Part shown: in pieces, positions 18,008-28,345 of the stretch | How positions within the stretch are numbered: the stretch's first letter is position 1 | Layout: each line of letters opens with the position of its first letter | Assembly (NCBI GenBank): GCA_030152275.1 | Contig: JASLHF010000027.1 | Coordinates: forward strand, 332-64,331 | DNA length: 64,000 nucleotides | Reading direction: 5' to 3' | Source: Acinetobacter sp. | GTDB lineage: Bacteria > Pseudomonadota > Gammaproteobacteria > Pseudomonadales > Moraxellaceae | The notes under the pieces: model-generated | The model's database searches: none | What the model saw: the letters and a program-made list of their open reading frames with translations, nothing else | Told to the model about the DNA's origin: nothing | Program-made: the position numbers and the translations under genes

Positions 18008-18217
18008 ATGTCTAATTTAACAAATGGGACAGTTAAGTGGTTCAATGCTACAAAGGGTTTCGGATTTATTGCTTCCGATACTGGTGAAGAATTATTTGCT
18101 CACTTTAGTGAAATACGAATCGATGGCTATAAAGTACTAGAAGAAGGCCAGCGTGTAGTGTTTGAAATTACTAATGGTAAGAAGGGCAAGCAAGCGAGCA
18201 ATATCCAAATTCTCTAA
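18008..18217 (+). CDS. Cold-shock protein, copy 3
   Basis: [23 protein letters not shown]; most similar to copy 1. Confidence 0.95.
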   Translation: MSNLTNGTVKWFNATKGFGFIASDTGEELFAHFSEIRIDGYKVLEEGQRVVFEITNGKKGKQASNIQIL

Positions 18218-18348
18218 AATAATAAGTTCCCAGTCATATCTTGTCTTGACCCGTCTTTTATAGGCGGGTTTTTTGTCATTAATTGCCATTAAGTTTTAAC
18301 ATTTAAATGCTTAATTTAAATGAAAACTACATTATAAGAGCAATAAAA

Positions 18349-18504
18349 ATGATCTTTACAAGAATACAAGTCCTGATTGGTGGACTAATTATAAGTGTGC
18401 TGGTTTCTTCTGTGTGGATTTACCATGAGAAGAAAAAACAACGCAGAGCAGAAATTCAGCAAATCATTACTGAAGCGCGAGCAGGATTAAGTCTAGCTCA
18501 ATAG
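18349..18504 (+). CDS. 51-aa single-TM peptide, copy 2
   Basis: LIISVLVSSVWIYHEKKKQR; homologous to 14875..14997. Confidence 0.6.
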   Translation: MIFTRIQVLIGGLIISVLVSSVWIYHEKKKQRRAEIQQIITEARAGLSLAQ

Positions 18505-18519
18505 TAGGAGCTAAAACCT

Positions 18520-19161
18520 ATGGAATGCTTTAGACCATTCCCACCGACTGAACTTATAGATCAGGCTGAGGAAGAAGACGCTATACGTCTTGCACCAGCG
18601 CAAGAACTTCTGGCCTGGGTGAAAGCTAATTATTTAACGATTGGTGGTCAACTTCATAACCCAGACCATGATCATATTGCAGAGCTGCTTCACGACAATG
18701 AAGAATTTTTAGCATTTGCTTGGGCATCATCTGCAGCAATGGCTAAAAAGAGAATGGTGCTTGGTCAGTGTGAAAAAGTAATGTTTAACCAAGGTGGGTG
18801 GAAGAAAGCTCGTCAAGAACAACAAATGAGAGATTGGTTTGGATTTGTTCCTCAATACTTAATTACGATTGATGCGGCATTCTGTGAGCAAACATCTGAT
18901 CGGGAGTTTTGCCGTTTGATTGAACATGAGCTTTACCACATTGGTGTAGAGCGCGATGAAGATGGTGAGATCATTTATAGCGATGTAACTGGCTTACCTA
19001 AGCACTATTTGGCTGGACATGATGTCGAAGTGTTCTTTGGTGAAATACGTCAACATGGAATTGATAGCTCAGTGAAGCGCTTATTGGAAATCGCCAAGAA
19101 CGCTCCATTTGTTTCGGAGACAAACATTGCAGCGTGTTGTGGGAATTGCGTGATGAATTGA
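18520..19161 (+). CDS. Phage putative metallopeptidase
   Basis: HELYH zinc motif plus HDVE; upstream of terminase. Confidence 0.8.
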   Translation: MECFRPFPPTELIDQAEEEDAIRLAPAQELLAWVKANYLTIGGQLHNPDHDHIAELLHDNEEFLAFAWASSAAMAKKRMVLGQCEKVMFNQGGWKKARQEQQMRDWFGFVPQYLITIDAAFCEQTSDREFCRLIEHELYHIGVERDEDGEIIYSDVTGLPKHYLAGHDVEVFFGEIRQHGIDSSVKRLLEIAKNAPFVSETNIAACCGNCVMN

Positions 19162-19219
19162 GCTGAAAGGCTCTTTTTTTTGCCTATCTTGCTATACGTA
19201 CATATACAAAGAGGTGTTT

Positions 19220-19714
19220 ATGGCAGCACTAAAAGAGCCTGTAAAAATGTTTATTGTTCAGTCTCTTGCATGCTTTGAAACCCCTCAACAAGTAGTAGAA
19301 GCTGTAAAGCAAGATTATAAAATTGAAATTACCCGCCAACAGGTGGCTCTTTACGATCCAACGAAAGTAGCAGGGCGCAATTTAAGCAAGAAACTAAAAG
19401 ACTTATTTGAGCGTACTCGCAAAGAATTCCGAGAAAACATTGAAGATATCGCGATTGCGAATAAGGCTTTTCGACTGAGAGAGATTCAAAAGATGTATGA
19501 AGATTCGGGTCGAAATAAGAGAGCTAAACAAAACTTGTTGAAACAAGCCTTTCAAGAAACTGATGGTCGTATCACGAAGCAAGAGATTACGGGTAAAGGT
19601 GGTAATCCGATTGAAACTGAGCATAAACATGCACTACCGGCTTATACGCCTGAGCAATTAGCAGGAATGAGCGCTCAGGAGCTTTCGCGTTTAGCAATTA
19701 ATGGCAAATTATGA
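19220..19714 (+). CDS. Terminase small subunit (DUF2280-like)
   Basis: IVQSLACFETP...RQQV..YDPTK pattern; precedes the large subunit. Confidence 0.8.
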   Translation: MAALKEPVKMFIVQSLACFETPQQVVEAVKQDYKIEITRQQVALYDPTKVAGRNLSKKLKDLFERTRKEFRENIEDIAIANKAFRLREIQKMYEDSGRNKRAKQNLLKQAFQETDGRITKQEITGKGGNPIETEHKHALPAYTPEQLAGMSAQELSRLAINGKL

Positions 19715-21387
19715 GTTATTCAATTGAGGAAATAGCACCACTCATTAAAGAGTGGACTATAAACACACGGCTACCTGAAGTAATAGCTGAAATGACCAGA
19801 CGCTATTACTACCGAACCTTAATCGAACAAAATGAATTAAGTCGCCAGGCCGAAATATACAAGTGCAGTCAAGATCCAGTGCATTGGTTTAATCATTGGG
19901 TGTGGACTTACGATCCACGTGGTATGCCATTTGGTTTACCCGCAAATATTCCTTTTGTGTTACGGCCTGGGCAGGTAGATCTAGTTCATTGGCTATTAGA
20001 GCGTGAAAGTACGCAAACCCATGGACTGATCGAAAAGTCACGTGATGAGGGAATGAGCTACGTTTTACTTGGTTTCTATTTGCACCGATGGCTGTATGTT
20101 GATGGCTTTGCTGGTGGTGTAGGGAGCCGTAAAGAAGATCTGGTCGATAAGAAGGGTGACCCGAAGACACTATTACATAAATTCCGCGATATGTTCTCGA
20201 AACTACCCGATTGGATGAAGCCCAAAGACTTTGTCGGCAAAGTCCACGATAACTATCTTCGGATCATTAATCCTGATAATGGCTCAACTGTAACGGGCGA
20301 AGCAGGTGACAATATTGGTCGTGGTGGACGTACCACAATGTACTTTCTAGATGAATGGGCATTCGTCGAGCGCCAGGAAGCGGTCGATGCGGCAATATCT
20401 CAAAACACAAACGTTCATATCAAAGGATCTACACCGAATGGTATCGGCGATCGTTTTTATCAAGACCGTTTCAGTGGTCGATATGCGGTATTTACCATGC
20501 CATGGCGATTGAATCCGGATAAGAACTGGCAGGTTGAGCTGAGAGGAAAGTTGATCTATCCATGGTATGAGAAACAAGTCTCTACCTTAGATGACGTGGT
20601 ACTTGCTCAGGAAGTAGATATTAACTATGCAGCATCGGTCGAAGGGGTGTTAATCCCATCAGCTTGGGTTCAATCTGCTATTGATGCTCATAAGAAACTC
20701 GATATACAGCCATCAGGTGATCGAATTGGTGGCTTAGACGTGGCTGATGAGGGTAAAGATAAAAACTCATTTGCAGGACGTCATGGTGTTGTTTTGAATT
20801 ATCTAGATACATGGTCTGGTAAGGGAGATGACATTTTCGGGACAACTCAGAAAGCGATCGATATTTGTTTGGATTTGAATATTCGAGCATTTCTCTATGA
20901 TGCTGATGGCCTGGGCGCAGGTGTACGTGGTGATGCACGGGTCATTAATGAGCGCAATGAGGATCAAGGTATTACAGAGATTCAAACTGACCCATTTAGA
21001 GGATCAGGATCAGTTAATGAACCTGATGAGGAAATGGTCGAAGCGCGAAAGAATATTGATTTCTTTGCCAATCTCAAGGCTCAAATGTGGTGGTCTCTAA
21101 GAATGCGTTTCCAAAACACATACAGGGCATTGAATGGTATGGAATACGATCCAGATTCGATTATTTCTCTTAGCTCTGACGATTTAAATGAATCTGAGCT
21201 GAAAGCACTGACCGTGGAATTGTCTCAGCCGACCTACACTAAAAATGGTGCAGGTAAAATCTTAGTCAATAAACAACCAGCAGGTGCTGCATCACCCAAC
21301 CGGGCTGATAGCGTGATGATCTGTTTCAGTAATGTCCAAGAACAAGAAACCAAGCAACCTTATGTTGCAGGTAGTCGAATCTTTTAA
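19711..21387 (+). CDS. terL: Terminase large subunit
   Basis: EKSRDEGMS Walker A, FLDEWAF Walker B, STPNG, GLDVADEG nuclease, SPNRAD. Confidence 0.92.
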   Translation: MSYSIEEIAPLIKEWTINTRLPEVIAEMTRRYYYRTLIEQNELSRQAEIYKCSQDPVHWFNHWVWTYDPRGMPFGLPANIPFVLRPGQVDLVHWLLERESTQTHGLIEKSRDEGMSYVLLGFYLHRWLYVDGFAGGVGSRKEDLVDKKGDPKTLLHKFRDMFSKLPDWMKPKDFVGKVHDNYLRIINPDNGSTVTGEAGDNIGRGGRTTMYFLDEWAFVERQEAVDAAISQNTNVHIKGSTPNGIGDRFYQDRFSGRYAVFTMPWRLNPDKNWQVELRGKLIYPWYEKQVSTLDDVVLAQEVDINYAASVEGVLIPSAWVQSAIDAHKKLDIQPSGDRIGGLDVADEGKDKNSFAGRHGVVLNYLDTWSGKGDDIFGTTQKAIDICLDLNIRAFLYDADGLGAGVRGDARVINERNEDQGITEIQTDPFRGSGSVNEPDEEMVEARKNIDFFANLKAQMWWSLRMRFQNTYRALNGMEYDPDSIISLSSDDLNESELKALTVELSQPTYTKNGAGKILVNKQPAGAASPNRADSVMICFSNVQEQETKQPYVAGSRIF

Positions 21388-21399
21388 TTAGGTGCTGAC

Positions 21400-22860
21400 A
21401 TGGCAAAGTCAAAAAAGGACAAAGAATCTAAAAAGGCTTTGTCCAAAGGGAGCCTTTACTCTCAAGAAGCAGTTTTTAACTTTCTAACCAATTTTGGTCG
21501 TCGTCCTGACAACGATGAAGTACTTCGTAAGGCGGGAATATCTCGTCATAAATTACGAATATTGTTAGATGACGATGAAATTGCCCAGGCCGTTGAAACG
21601 CGTATCGATGCTTTACTTTCAACGCCGTACCAATTGGAACCCAGTGATTCAGCTGCTTCCAAAACCTTAAAGCTAATATTGGACGAATGGTACTGTGAAA
21701 TTGCTGCAGCATCTCTTAATGCTTTGCTTTTTGGATACTCAGTTCAAGAAGCCGTCTATGAGCTTAAACCGGAGGGGTTTATTGGCTTGCAATGGATTGG
21801 TGAAAAGCCCATGCAATGGTTTGAGCCAAAGAATGATGGTCGTTTAATTTTACGTAAGGAGGGAAATTCTCAAGAGATAGTCGTAGATCAAGTCTTTAAG
21901 TTTTTTCTTACTCGTCGTAAAGCCACTTATGAGCAGCCATACGGTAAAGCAATGTTGGCGACTTTGTATTGGCTATCATTCTTTAAACAGAATGGTTTTA
22001 AATTCTGGGCGAAGTTTTTAGAACGCTTTGGTACACCAATCTTGGTGGGGAAAGTTGGTAGTAAAGTCAGTACAGAATCAATGAGCCAAGCACTTTTAGA
22101 CGCTCATGCTCAAAGTATTCTGTCCATTGATGCCAAAGACAGTGTTGATGTTTTATCAGCTCAAGGTGCAAATGGTACTGCTGGGGTAGCTTTTGAGATG
22201 TTTAATAAAACATTGATACAACAGATTCAAAAAGTTGTACTCGGTCAAACGCTCACTAGTGGCACTGACGGTAAAGGAAGCTATGGCCTGGGTAAGGTTC
22301 ATGAGAATGTTCGGTTAGATAAACTCAAATCTGATATTCGATTGGTCACCCCAACAATTCAGAATGTAGTAAATGCGTTATGTATCTTGAATAATTGGGA
22401 ACCGCATAAAATCAAGTTGGGTGAAAAAGAGAAAGTACTCAATGTTGAGCAAGCTACGCGTGATACACACTTAAAAAATGCCGGTGCAAACCTTTCAGAT
22501 CAGTACTTCATACGCGAGTATGGATTGCAAGAAGGGGATTTAAAGCCAACTTTAGACGTCACTCAGCCATTATTCTCCGCCTTACCTAAACGTGCCTTTA
22601 GCTTTAAAGCCCAGGCCAATAAGCTTTCAGCTGAACAGCAAGAGGTTGAAGAATTAACCGATGGCCAAGTTGAGCTGCAGCTTTTAAGTAATGAGCAGAT
22701 TAAGCAGCTCGTTGCTGAGTCGGATAGTCCTGAAGGCCTGGCGTTTAATTTGATGCAGTTAATTCCATCTGTATCAGAGTCTCAGTTTAAGGCGAATTTA
22801 GATCAAGCTTTATATGCTGCAGATGTGTTGGGGTATGCGACAGCAGCCGAGGGGAAGTAG
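21400..22860 (+). CDS. Portal protein (Mu gp29/DUF935-like)
   Basis: PYG...FLERFGTP, KVVLGQTLTS, G.VHE motifs. Confidence 0.88.
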   Translation: MAKSKKDKESKKALSKGSLYSQEAVFNFLTNFGRRPDNDEVLRKAGISRHKLRILLDDDEIAQAVETRIDALLSTPYQLEPSDSAASKTLKLILDEWYCEIAAASLNALLFGYSVQEAVYELKPEGFIGLQWIGEKPMQWFEPKNDGRLILRKEGNSQEIVVDQVFKFFLTRRKATYEQPYGKAMLATLYWLSFFKQNGFKFWAKFLERFGTPILVGKVGSKVSTESMSQALLDAHAQSILSIDAKDSVDVLSAQGANGTAGVAFEMFNKTLIQQIQKVVLGQTLTSGTDGKGSYGLGKVHENVRLDKLKSDIRLVTPTIQNVVNALCILNNWEPHKIKLGEKEKVLNVEQATRDTHLKNAGANLSDQYFIREYGLQEGDLKPTLDVTQPLFSALPKRAFSFKAQANKLSAEQQEVEELTDGQVELQLLSNEQIKQLVAESDSPEGLAFNLMQLIPSVSESQFKANLDQALYAADVLGYATAAEGK

Positions 22861-24057
22861 ATGCAACCAGTCACATTTCTTGAAGCGCTTCAGTACGCGC
22901 ATGATAAAAAGATTGTACTTCCTGATGAGTTTTACTCAATGGACCTTAAGACACGGCAGATGGCGACTACAGTGAGCTTTCTATCGAGTCTTGAGCAAGT
23001 TGATACAGTGATTAAGTCACTGAATAAAACATTGGCCAATGGCGGAACGTTTAACGACTTTCAGAAGCTCATTGCTGAGTCTGAAATCATTCTGCCAAAG
23101 CATTATTTGGATACAGTGTTTCGTACCAACATTCAAAGTGCATATGGTCATGGACGATGGATTCAACAGAATCGAAATAAGGAAAAACGTCCTTACTTGA
23201 TGTACTCGGCTATCGATGATAGTCGGGTGCGTCCTGCACATTTAGCTTTGAATCGGATTGTATTGCCAATTGATCATCCATTTTGGCTAACACATTACCC
23301 GCCACTAGGCTTTCGTTGCAGATGTACTGTAATAGCTCTCACAGAGGCTCAGGCGCTCAAATACGGCATTACACCGGATGATAAATTGCCAGAGGTCGCT
23401 GAGGCATTGGACTGGTCTTCACATCCATTGCAATTTGGAGAACTGGAAGCATTGGTTGATAAAAAGATCAATGTCTCAGTACTGGATAAGGTATACCTCC
23501 TCGAGCAGAAGGAAGTCCTCAAGGCGGAATGGACTGCATCGAAAAAGCTTACGAGTTTATTTGCTCCAATGGATGATAAAACTCGGGATTTATTCGATAC
23601 GGTTGCCAATAAAGTAATTCCATTAGACCCATCGATTCGACCAAGTGCGATTCGAACATTTTTGGATTACGTACTAGGCAATGACCAGGCCATTACAAAC
23701 TATTTGAATAGCAAAGCCTCATCCAAGGCTGATCAAGTGCTTAAACAATGGCTGGTTCACGATATGGCAGCGATACATTCAGTTGCTAAGAACACCTCAG
23801 ACGTTATTACAGGCACAACCACACTGGCTTATGCAGCTTCACTTGAAGTAGGTAAGGTGGTGACTCTAGATGCACCGATGCTTTTGGCAGGTCAGTCAAA
23901 CATCATGATTCAAATTGAGAATGCCAATGGCCTGGGGATTGATCTTGAAAAGTTAAATGCTGGTGAAGGTGTATTGTTGCCTTTGGGTGTGGCTTTCGAG
24001 GTTATTTCTATTGAAGTACTGAAAGGGCAAATGGTTTATACTTTGAAACTATTATAA
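22861..24057 (+). CDS. MuF minor head protein with C-terminal extension
   Basis: FRTN..SAY..GRW, DSRVRPAH, PPLGFRCRC; ~200 extra C-terminal residues. Confidence 0.88.
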   Translation: MQPVTFLEALQYAHDKKIVLPDEFYSMDLKTRQMATTVSFLSSLEQVDTVIKSLNKTLANGGTFNDFQKLIAESEIILPKHYLDTVFRTNIQSAYGHGRWIQQNRNKEKRPYLMYSAIDDSRVRPAHLALNRIVLPIDHPFWLTHYPPLGFRCRCTVIALTEAQALKYGITPDDKLPEVAEALDWSSHPLQFGELEALVDKKINVSVLDKVYLLEQKEVLKAEWTASKKLTSLFAPMDDKTRDLFDTVANKVIPLDPSIRPSAIRTFLDYVLGNDQAITNYLNSKASSKADQVLKQWLVHDMAAIHSVAKNTSDVITGTTTLAYAASLEVGKVVTLDAPMLLAGQSNIMIQIENANGLGIDLEKLNAGEGVLLPLGVAFEVISIEVLKGQMVYTLKLL

Positions 24058-24091
24058 TTGATAAAATAAACAGATTCAGAGTGTGGTTAAT

Positions 24092-24484
24092 ATGAATAAA
24101 ACTGAGGCTTTCAAGAAGTTAGGCGCTACCCAGAAGAATACATTTTGGTCAGTTTCGGCTTTTAATGAAGACAAACAATTAGTTTTAAGTTTATGGCAAG
24201 ACTTCTTTAGAACAGAAAATAGAAAATCAATCTATAGGGATTCAATTTCTAGATGGCATGGACATGGAAATAAAGAATTTAGAGAGAATCTCTTAATAGC
24301 ATATGAACAAAAAATGCCTATTAGAGCCGTGATAGCGCGGACGAATAATATTGAAGGTGTTAAACGTGGTGAAGATGCGAGTAAATTCAAAAATACATTT
24401 TCACCAAAACTTGATTGGATTGGAGAAATTACTTTCTGGGATGGGGAAAATTTTGAAATCACATTCATAAAAATCACTAAGTAA
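24092..24484 (+). CDS. AT-rich moron gene
   Basis: Inserted in the head operon; followed by terminator ACCGCC-TTCG-GGCGGT at ~24503. Confidence 0.7.
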   Translation: MNKTEAFKKLGATQKNTFWSVSAFNEDKQLVLSLWQDFFRTENRKSIYRDSISRWHGHGNKEFRENLLIAYEQKMPIRAVIARTNNIEGVKRGEDASKFKNTFSPKLDWIGEITFWDGENFEITFIKITK

Positions 24485-24532
24485 TGAATTATTAGCAACT
24501 AGAACCGCCTTCGGGCGGTTTTTTTATGGAGC

Positions 24533-25507
24533 ATGAAAATGCCAGATCCAAACGAAGAACGGCTTAAGTACTTATTCAATGCTCCTGCAATTGAGGTACC
24601 GCAAGCTGAAGAAGGACAAAAGCGAAAATTCAAAGGTACTGCTTATGCTGGTGGCCGTGTAGATGGTCACTGGTATTGGGGGCGCTCAGGGGTGGTTTTC
24701 GATCTTGATGGTATTGAGATTGATAAACCCGCAGCCTTGCTTGAAGAACACTTTAGCTCAAGTCGAATTGGTGTGGTTCAAGCAGTAGATACCAACGGAA
24801 AAATTGACGTTTCAGGTGATTTTCTTACCAACCCAAAGGCGACTGAAATTGTTCAAGATTCTGACGATGGGTTTCCTTTCCAGATGTCCATGATGATTGA
24901 TCCAGGATCAATTGAAGAAGTTTCCCAAGGTAAGACTGTCATTGTGAATGGTCAATCATTCGAAGGGCCAGTCACAGTATTCCGTCAAAACCGTATACGT
25001 GAATTCACGATCTGTTCTACCGGAGCTGATCGTAATACATCAATCAAAGCCTTTTCGGGCAAAGCTAACCCTAACCCAACCAAAGAGGACACAGACGTGA
25101 CCGAGTTAGAACAAACCCAGGCCAAATTAAAGCAGGCTGAAACTGAACGAGATGCAGCTCAAGCCGAACTTAAAAAGTTCAAAGCCGATAAGCGTGAAGA
25201 TGATATCAAAGCACTTGAAACAGCGTTGAATAAGCAATTCAGTGCAGAAGAAAAGAAATCCTATACCGATATGGATGATGCAGCTTTTGCATTCATGTCA
25301 CAGCAGTTAAAGCAATTCTCTGCAGGTAATCAGCAACCACCAGCTGGACAGCAACAACAGCAAATACCGCCACAATTCGCCCACTTATTTAATCATCAAG
25401 CGCATAGCGATCAAAGCGGGCAACAAAGCCAAGGCAATCAGCAAGGTACAGCTTTAGACCAAGCATTTAGCCAATTTGCTGCAGCGCAACAAGGAGCAAA
25501 AAATTAA
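24533..25507 (+). CDS. Prohead protease/scaffold
   Basis: Position; LEEH and FQMS motifs; coiled-coil, Q-rich C-terminus; internal RBS and GTG at 25097. Confidence 0.75.
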   Translation: MKMPDPNEERLKYLFNAPAIEVPQAEEGQKRKFKGTAYAGGRVDGHWYWGRSGVVFDLDGIEIDKPAALLEEHFSSSRIGVVQAVDTNGKIDVSGDFLTNPKATEIVQDSDDGFPFQMSMMIDPGSIEEVSQGKTVIVNGQSFEGPVTVFRQNRIREFTICSTGADRNTSIKAFSGKANPNPTKEDTDVTELEQTQAKLKQAETERDAAQAELKKFKADKREDDIKALETALNKQFSAEEKKSYTDMDDAAFAFMSQQLKQFSAGNQQPPAGQQQQQIPPQFAHLFNHQAHSDQSGQQSQGNQQGTALDQAFSQFAAAQQGAKN

Positions 25508-25890
25508 TGGGCACTATTACTCAAACAATCACAACTACACAACTTGTAGTTGGTGATGGCGTTCGTACAGAGAATGCAAAAGTAAAAACAGCGACTGCTT
25601 ATAAACGCGGTGATTTACTGAAAATCGAAGCAAATAACTTAGCAGATCATCCCGTAGTCACTGAGGGTGTAGTTGGTGATTGGAATGCTATTGCGAATAC
25701 AGATATGACTTTGGAGCAAGCTACTTACCATGCAGCCATTGGCCTGGAAATGCCAATCTATGTACAGGGTGCATTTGATATCGCTGTAGTGACTGTAAAT
25801 GGCGCACCACTCACTGAAGTGCAGTACGACGCGGTTCGTGCTCAGGCTTTAAATAACAAAATTGAACTTCGTAAAGTAGTGGGGAAATAA
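25507..25890 (+). CDS. Head decoration protein
   Basis: Small gene between scaffold and capsid; Y..G.F motif. Confidence 0.65.
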   Translation: MGTITQTITTTQLVVGDGVRTENAKVKTATAYKRGDLLKIEANNLADHPVVTEGVVGDWNAIANTDMTLEQATYHAAIGLEMPIYVQGAFDIAVVTVNGAPLTEVQYDAVRAQALNNKIELRKVVGK

Positions 25891-25893
25891 TCC

Positions 25894-26970
25894 ATGAGTC
25901 AAACTTTTACATTTCAAAACGCGCCAATTGAATTACTTGATGTACCGCAATTGGTATTACTAACAGATACCACTCAAAAGGTGGATACATGGTTGATGGA
26001 TCGCTTTTTCCCACAGCGTGTTTCGTATACTAAAAAAGAAGTACCAGTGGGTGAACTAAATACAGCGACTCCTCTTGCACCATTTGTAACGCCTACAGCA
26101 GCTGGTCGCCAAATTAAAGTTGGTGAGTCTGGTAACGTGAAATTCGTCAAACCGGCTTACTTAAAGCCAATGATGACTGTCATCCCGAGCGATGTGCAAA
26201 ATACTGCATTAATCACTCAACTACGTAAATTTGGTGTGATTGCAACAGGTTCAAATCGTTTAAGTGATGCGGATCTTCTATTGATTGATCAGGCACAAAA
26301 AGCCTTGTATCTACGTCAATCTATTGAAAATCGAAAGCTGCTGATTGCTCGTGATGTTTTGCTTTACGGTAAAACCACTTTTGCCTCAGCAGACTTCCCA
26401 ATGTACCAAGTCGATTATGAGCGAAATGCAGCTTGTACATTTGCGCCATTAATTAAATGGGGGCAAGTTGGTGCTACACCGGTTAAAGACATCCAATCTA
26501 TGATTGATCTATCGGTGGAACATTCTGGCACTTCACCAATGATGGCGCTGACAACGTCTAAGGTCTATAACACACTAATTAAAGACCCTGAGTTCAAAGA
26601 GAAGTTTATTGCTCCATATGCTGGAATTAGTGTGCCGTTAACTCCGACTTTTGATCAGATGGATAAGCCGCAGTTCCGTGGTACGGTCGATAACATCGAA
26701 ATTTGGACATATGACGTTCAGCACAGTATTGGTGGCGGTTCAGCAGAACGATTTATTCCAGAAGACTTCTTTGGTTTGATCTCAGATGCCAATGGTTGGA
26801 TTGCTCACTGTGCGATTCAAAATGTTGAAGCATTTGGGCAGGCTTTAGAATTCTATTTGAGCCAATGGCAAGAAAAGAATCCATCAAGCATCCAAATGCT
26901 AGCTGAGTCATCTCCACTCGCTATTCCGAATAATAAAAATGGCCTGGTCGGCGGTCGTGGGTTCGTATAA
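25894..26970 (+). CDS. Major capsid protein (lambda E-like)
   Basis: DRFFP, LAPFV.P, P.YLKP, ESSPL motifs. Confidence 0.88.
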   Translation: MSQTFTFQNAPIELLDVPQLVLLTDTTQKVDTWLMDRFFPQRVSYTKKEVPVGELNTATPLAPFVTPTAAGRQIKVGESGNVKFVKPAYLKPMMTVIPSDVQNTALITQLRKFGVIATGSNRLSDADLLLIDQAQKALYLRQSIENRKLLIARDVLLYGKTTFASADFPMYQVDYERNAACTFAPLIKWGQVGATPVKDIQSMIDLSVEHSGTSPMMALTTSKVYNTLIKDPEFKEKFIAPYAGISVPLTPTFDQMDKPQFRGTVDNIEIWTYDVQHSIGGGSAERFIPEDFFGLISDANGWIAHCAIQNVEAFGQALEFYLSQWQEKNPSSIQMLAESSPLAIPNNKNGLVGGRGFV

Positions 26971-26980
26971 GGAAAATATC

Positions 26981-27337
26981 ATGACAAAGTATATTGCAAA
27001 GCATTCGCTTGGGCATTTCCGTCCAGGCCAAGAAATCACAGGGCTTGAAGCTAAACAACTTCAAGCCCTTTTAGCATCTGGGTCAATTGAAGAATATCAA
27101 GAGGCTCAGGAGCCTAAGGCTGATGGTACTGCTGCACGTTTAGCAGAGCTTGAAAAAGCCAATACTGAACTGACCGTAGCAAATAAGCTGATGACCGATG
27201 AAAAGGTCAAATTAGATCAGATCAATGTGGAACTTAAGTCGAAAGTGGCAGAGCTTGAAAAGGCATTGGCCACTTCCGAAGCTGCTTTGAAGAAAGCCAC
27301 TGCAGAAGTGAAAAAAGCTGCAACTGAAACTAAATAG
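26981..27337 (+). CDS. Hypothetical coiled-coil protein
   Basis: AAGGA RBS; Ala/Lys/Glu-rich; follows capsid gene. Confidence 0.7.
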   Translation: MTKYIAKHSLGHFRPGQEITGLEAKQLQALLASGSIEEYQEAQEPKADGTAARLAELEKANTELTVANKLMTDEKVKLDQINVELKSKVAELEKALATSEAALKKATAEVKKAATETK

Positions 27338-27345
27338 GTGGTGCT

Positions 27346-27786
27346 ATGTATGCGACTCGTAAAGATTTAGAGGCGCGTTTTGGTGAAGATGAGCTTCAAG
27401 AGCTAGATTTGATGCAGACTGCAGGTAATTCGATTGAAGAAGCCTTACAAGATGCATCAGAGGAAATCGATAGTTACATAGCTATTCGCTATGTTCTCCC
27501 TTTGCCAAGCACACCGAGTACTTTAAAGCGGATCGCATGTAACATTGCGCGGTTCCGGCTGTATTTTCAATCTCCAACTGAAGAAGTCGAAAATCGCTAT
27601 AAAGCAGAAATTGATTTCTTAAAACGGGTTGCTGATGGCAAAGCAACCTTAAATATCCTAAATCCTCAGAACGAAGTGACTGAAGAAAAGCCGGTAAATG
27701 CTCCATCAACACTGCCGATTGGGAGTACTTATCGTGGTGGGGTATTTGGGGATGATGTACTAGGATTGATGCCAAGCATCAAGTGA
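27346..27786 (+). CDS. Head-tail adaptor (Mu gp36/DUF1320-like)
   Basis: YAT..DL..RFG, DAS.EIDSY..RY.LPL. Confidence 0.85.
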   Translation: MYATRKDLEARFGEDELQELDLMQTAGNSIEEALQDASEEIDSYIAIRYVLPLPSTPSTLKRIACNIARFRLYFQSPTEEVENRYKAEIDFLKRVADGKATLNILNPQNEVTEEKPVNAPSTLPIGSTYRGGVFGDDVLGLMPSIK

Positions 27787-27793
27787 GGCGGAT

Positions 27794-28345
27794 ATGTCAG
27801 GCGTAGCAATTAGCATAGAGGCAGATGGTGAATCTGCCGTTATGCAGGCTTTGGAGCGTTTATCTGCTTTTGATCAAAACAAACCTAAGTTGTTTGGTGC
27901 TATAGGTCATTCAGTGGTAAGCAATATTCGCAACCGCTGGACCAGTGGTGAGGGATTAGAGGGTAAGTGGCGCTTATCAGGTCGTGTTGCTCGTAAAGGT
28001 GGTACTACTTTGCGTGATACATCAAGATTGATGAACTCGATTACCCATAATGTGCTACAGGGTGGTGTTGAAATTGGAACTGATGTGGAATACGGCGCTA
28101 TTCATCACTTTGGTGGGGAAATTCATTACGAAGCACGTATGCGACGTTCTTACTTTCGACAAAATCAACGTACAGGCCTGGTTGGGAATAAGTTTGTACG
28201 TAAAGCTCGTTCCAATTTTATGCAGGAAACAATGGGTAAGGCTTACAAGGTCAATATGCCGCGTAGACCATTCCTTGGCTTAACAGAAAGAGATGAACTG
28301 GAAGTGATGGATTTAATCGTGGAGCATTTAACAAATGACGGATGA
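27794..28345 (+). CDS. Virion morphogenesis protein (Mu G-like)
   Basis: L.DT.RL..SI, GT.V.YGAIHHFGG, MP.RPFLGL. Confidence 0.85.
   Translation: MSGVAISIEADGESAVMQALERLSAFDQNKPKLFGAIGHSVVSNIRNRWTSGEGLEGKWRLSGRVARKGGTTLRDTSRLMNSITHNVLQGGVEIGTDVEYGAIHHFGGEIHYEARMRRSYFRQNQRTGLVGNKFVRKARSNFMQETMGKAYKVNMPRRPFLGLTERDELEVMDLIVEHLTNDG

Noticed and set aside
18090..18101. 9-bp complementarity between the sRNA core and csp coding sequence (ATTATTTGC)
   Set aside because: Short, AU-rich and includes a G-U pair; likely by chance
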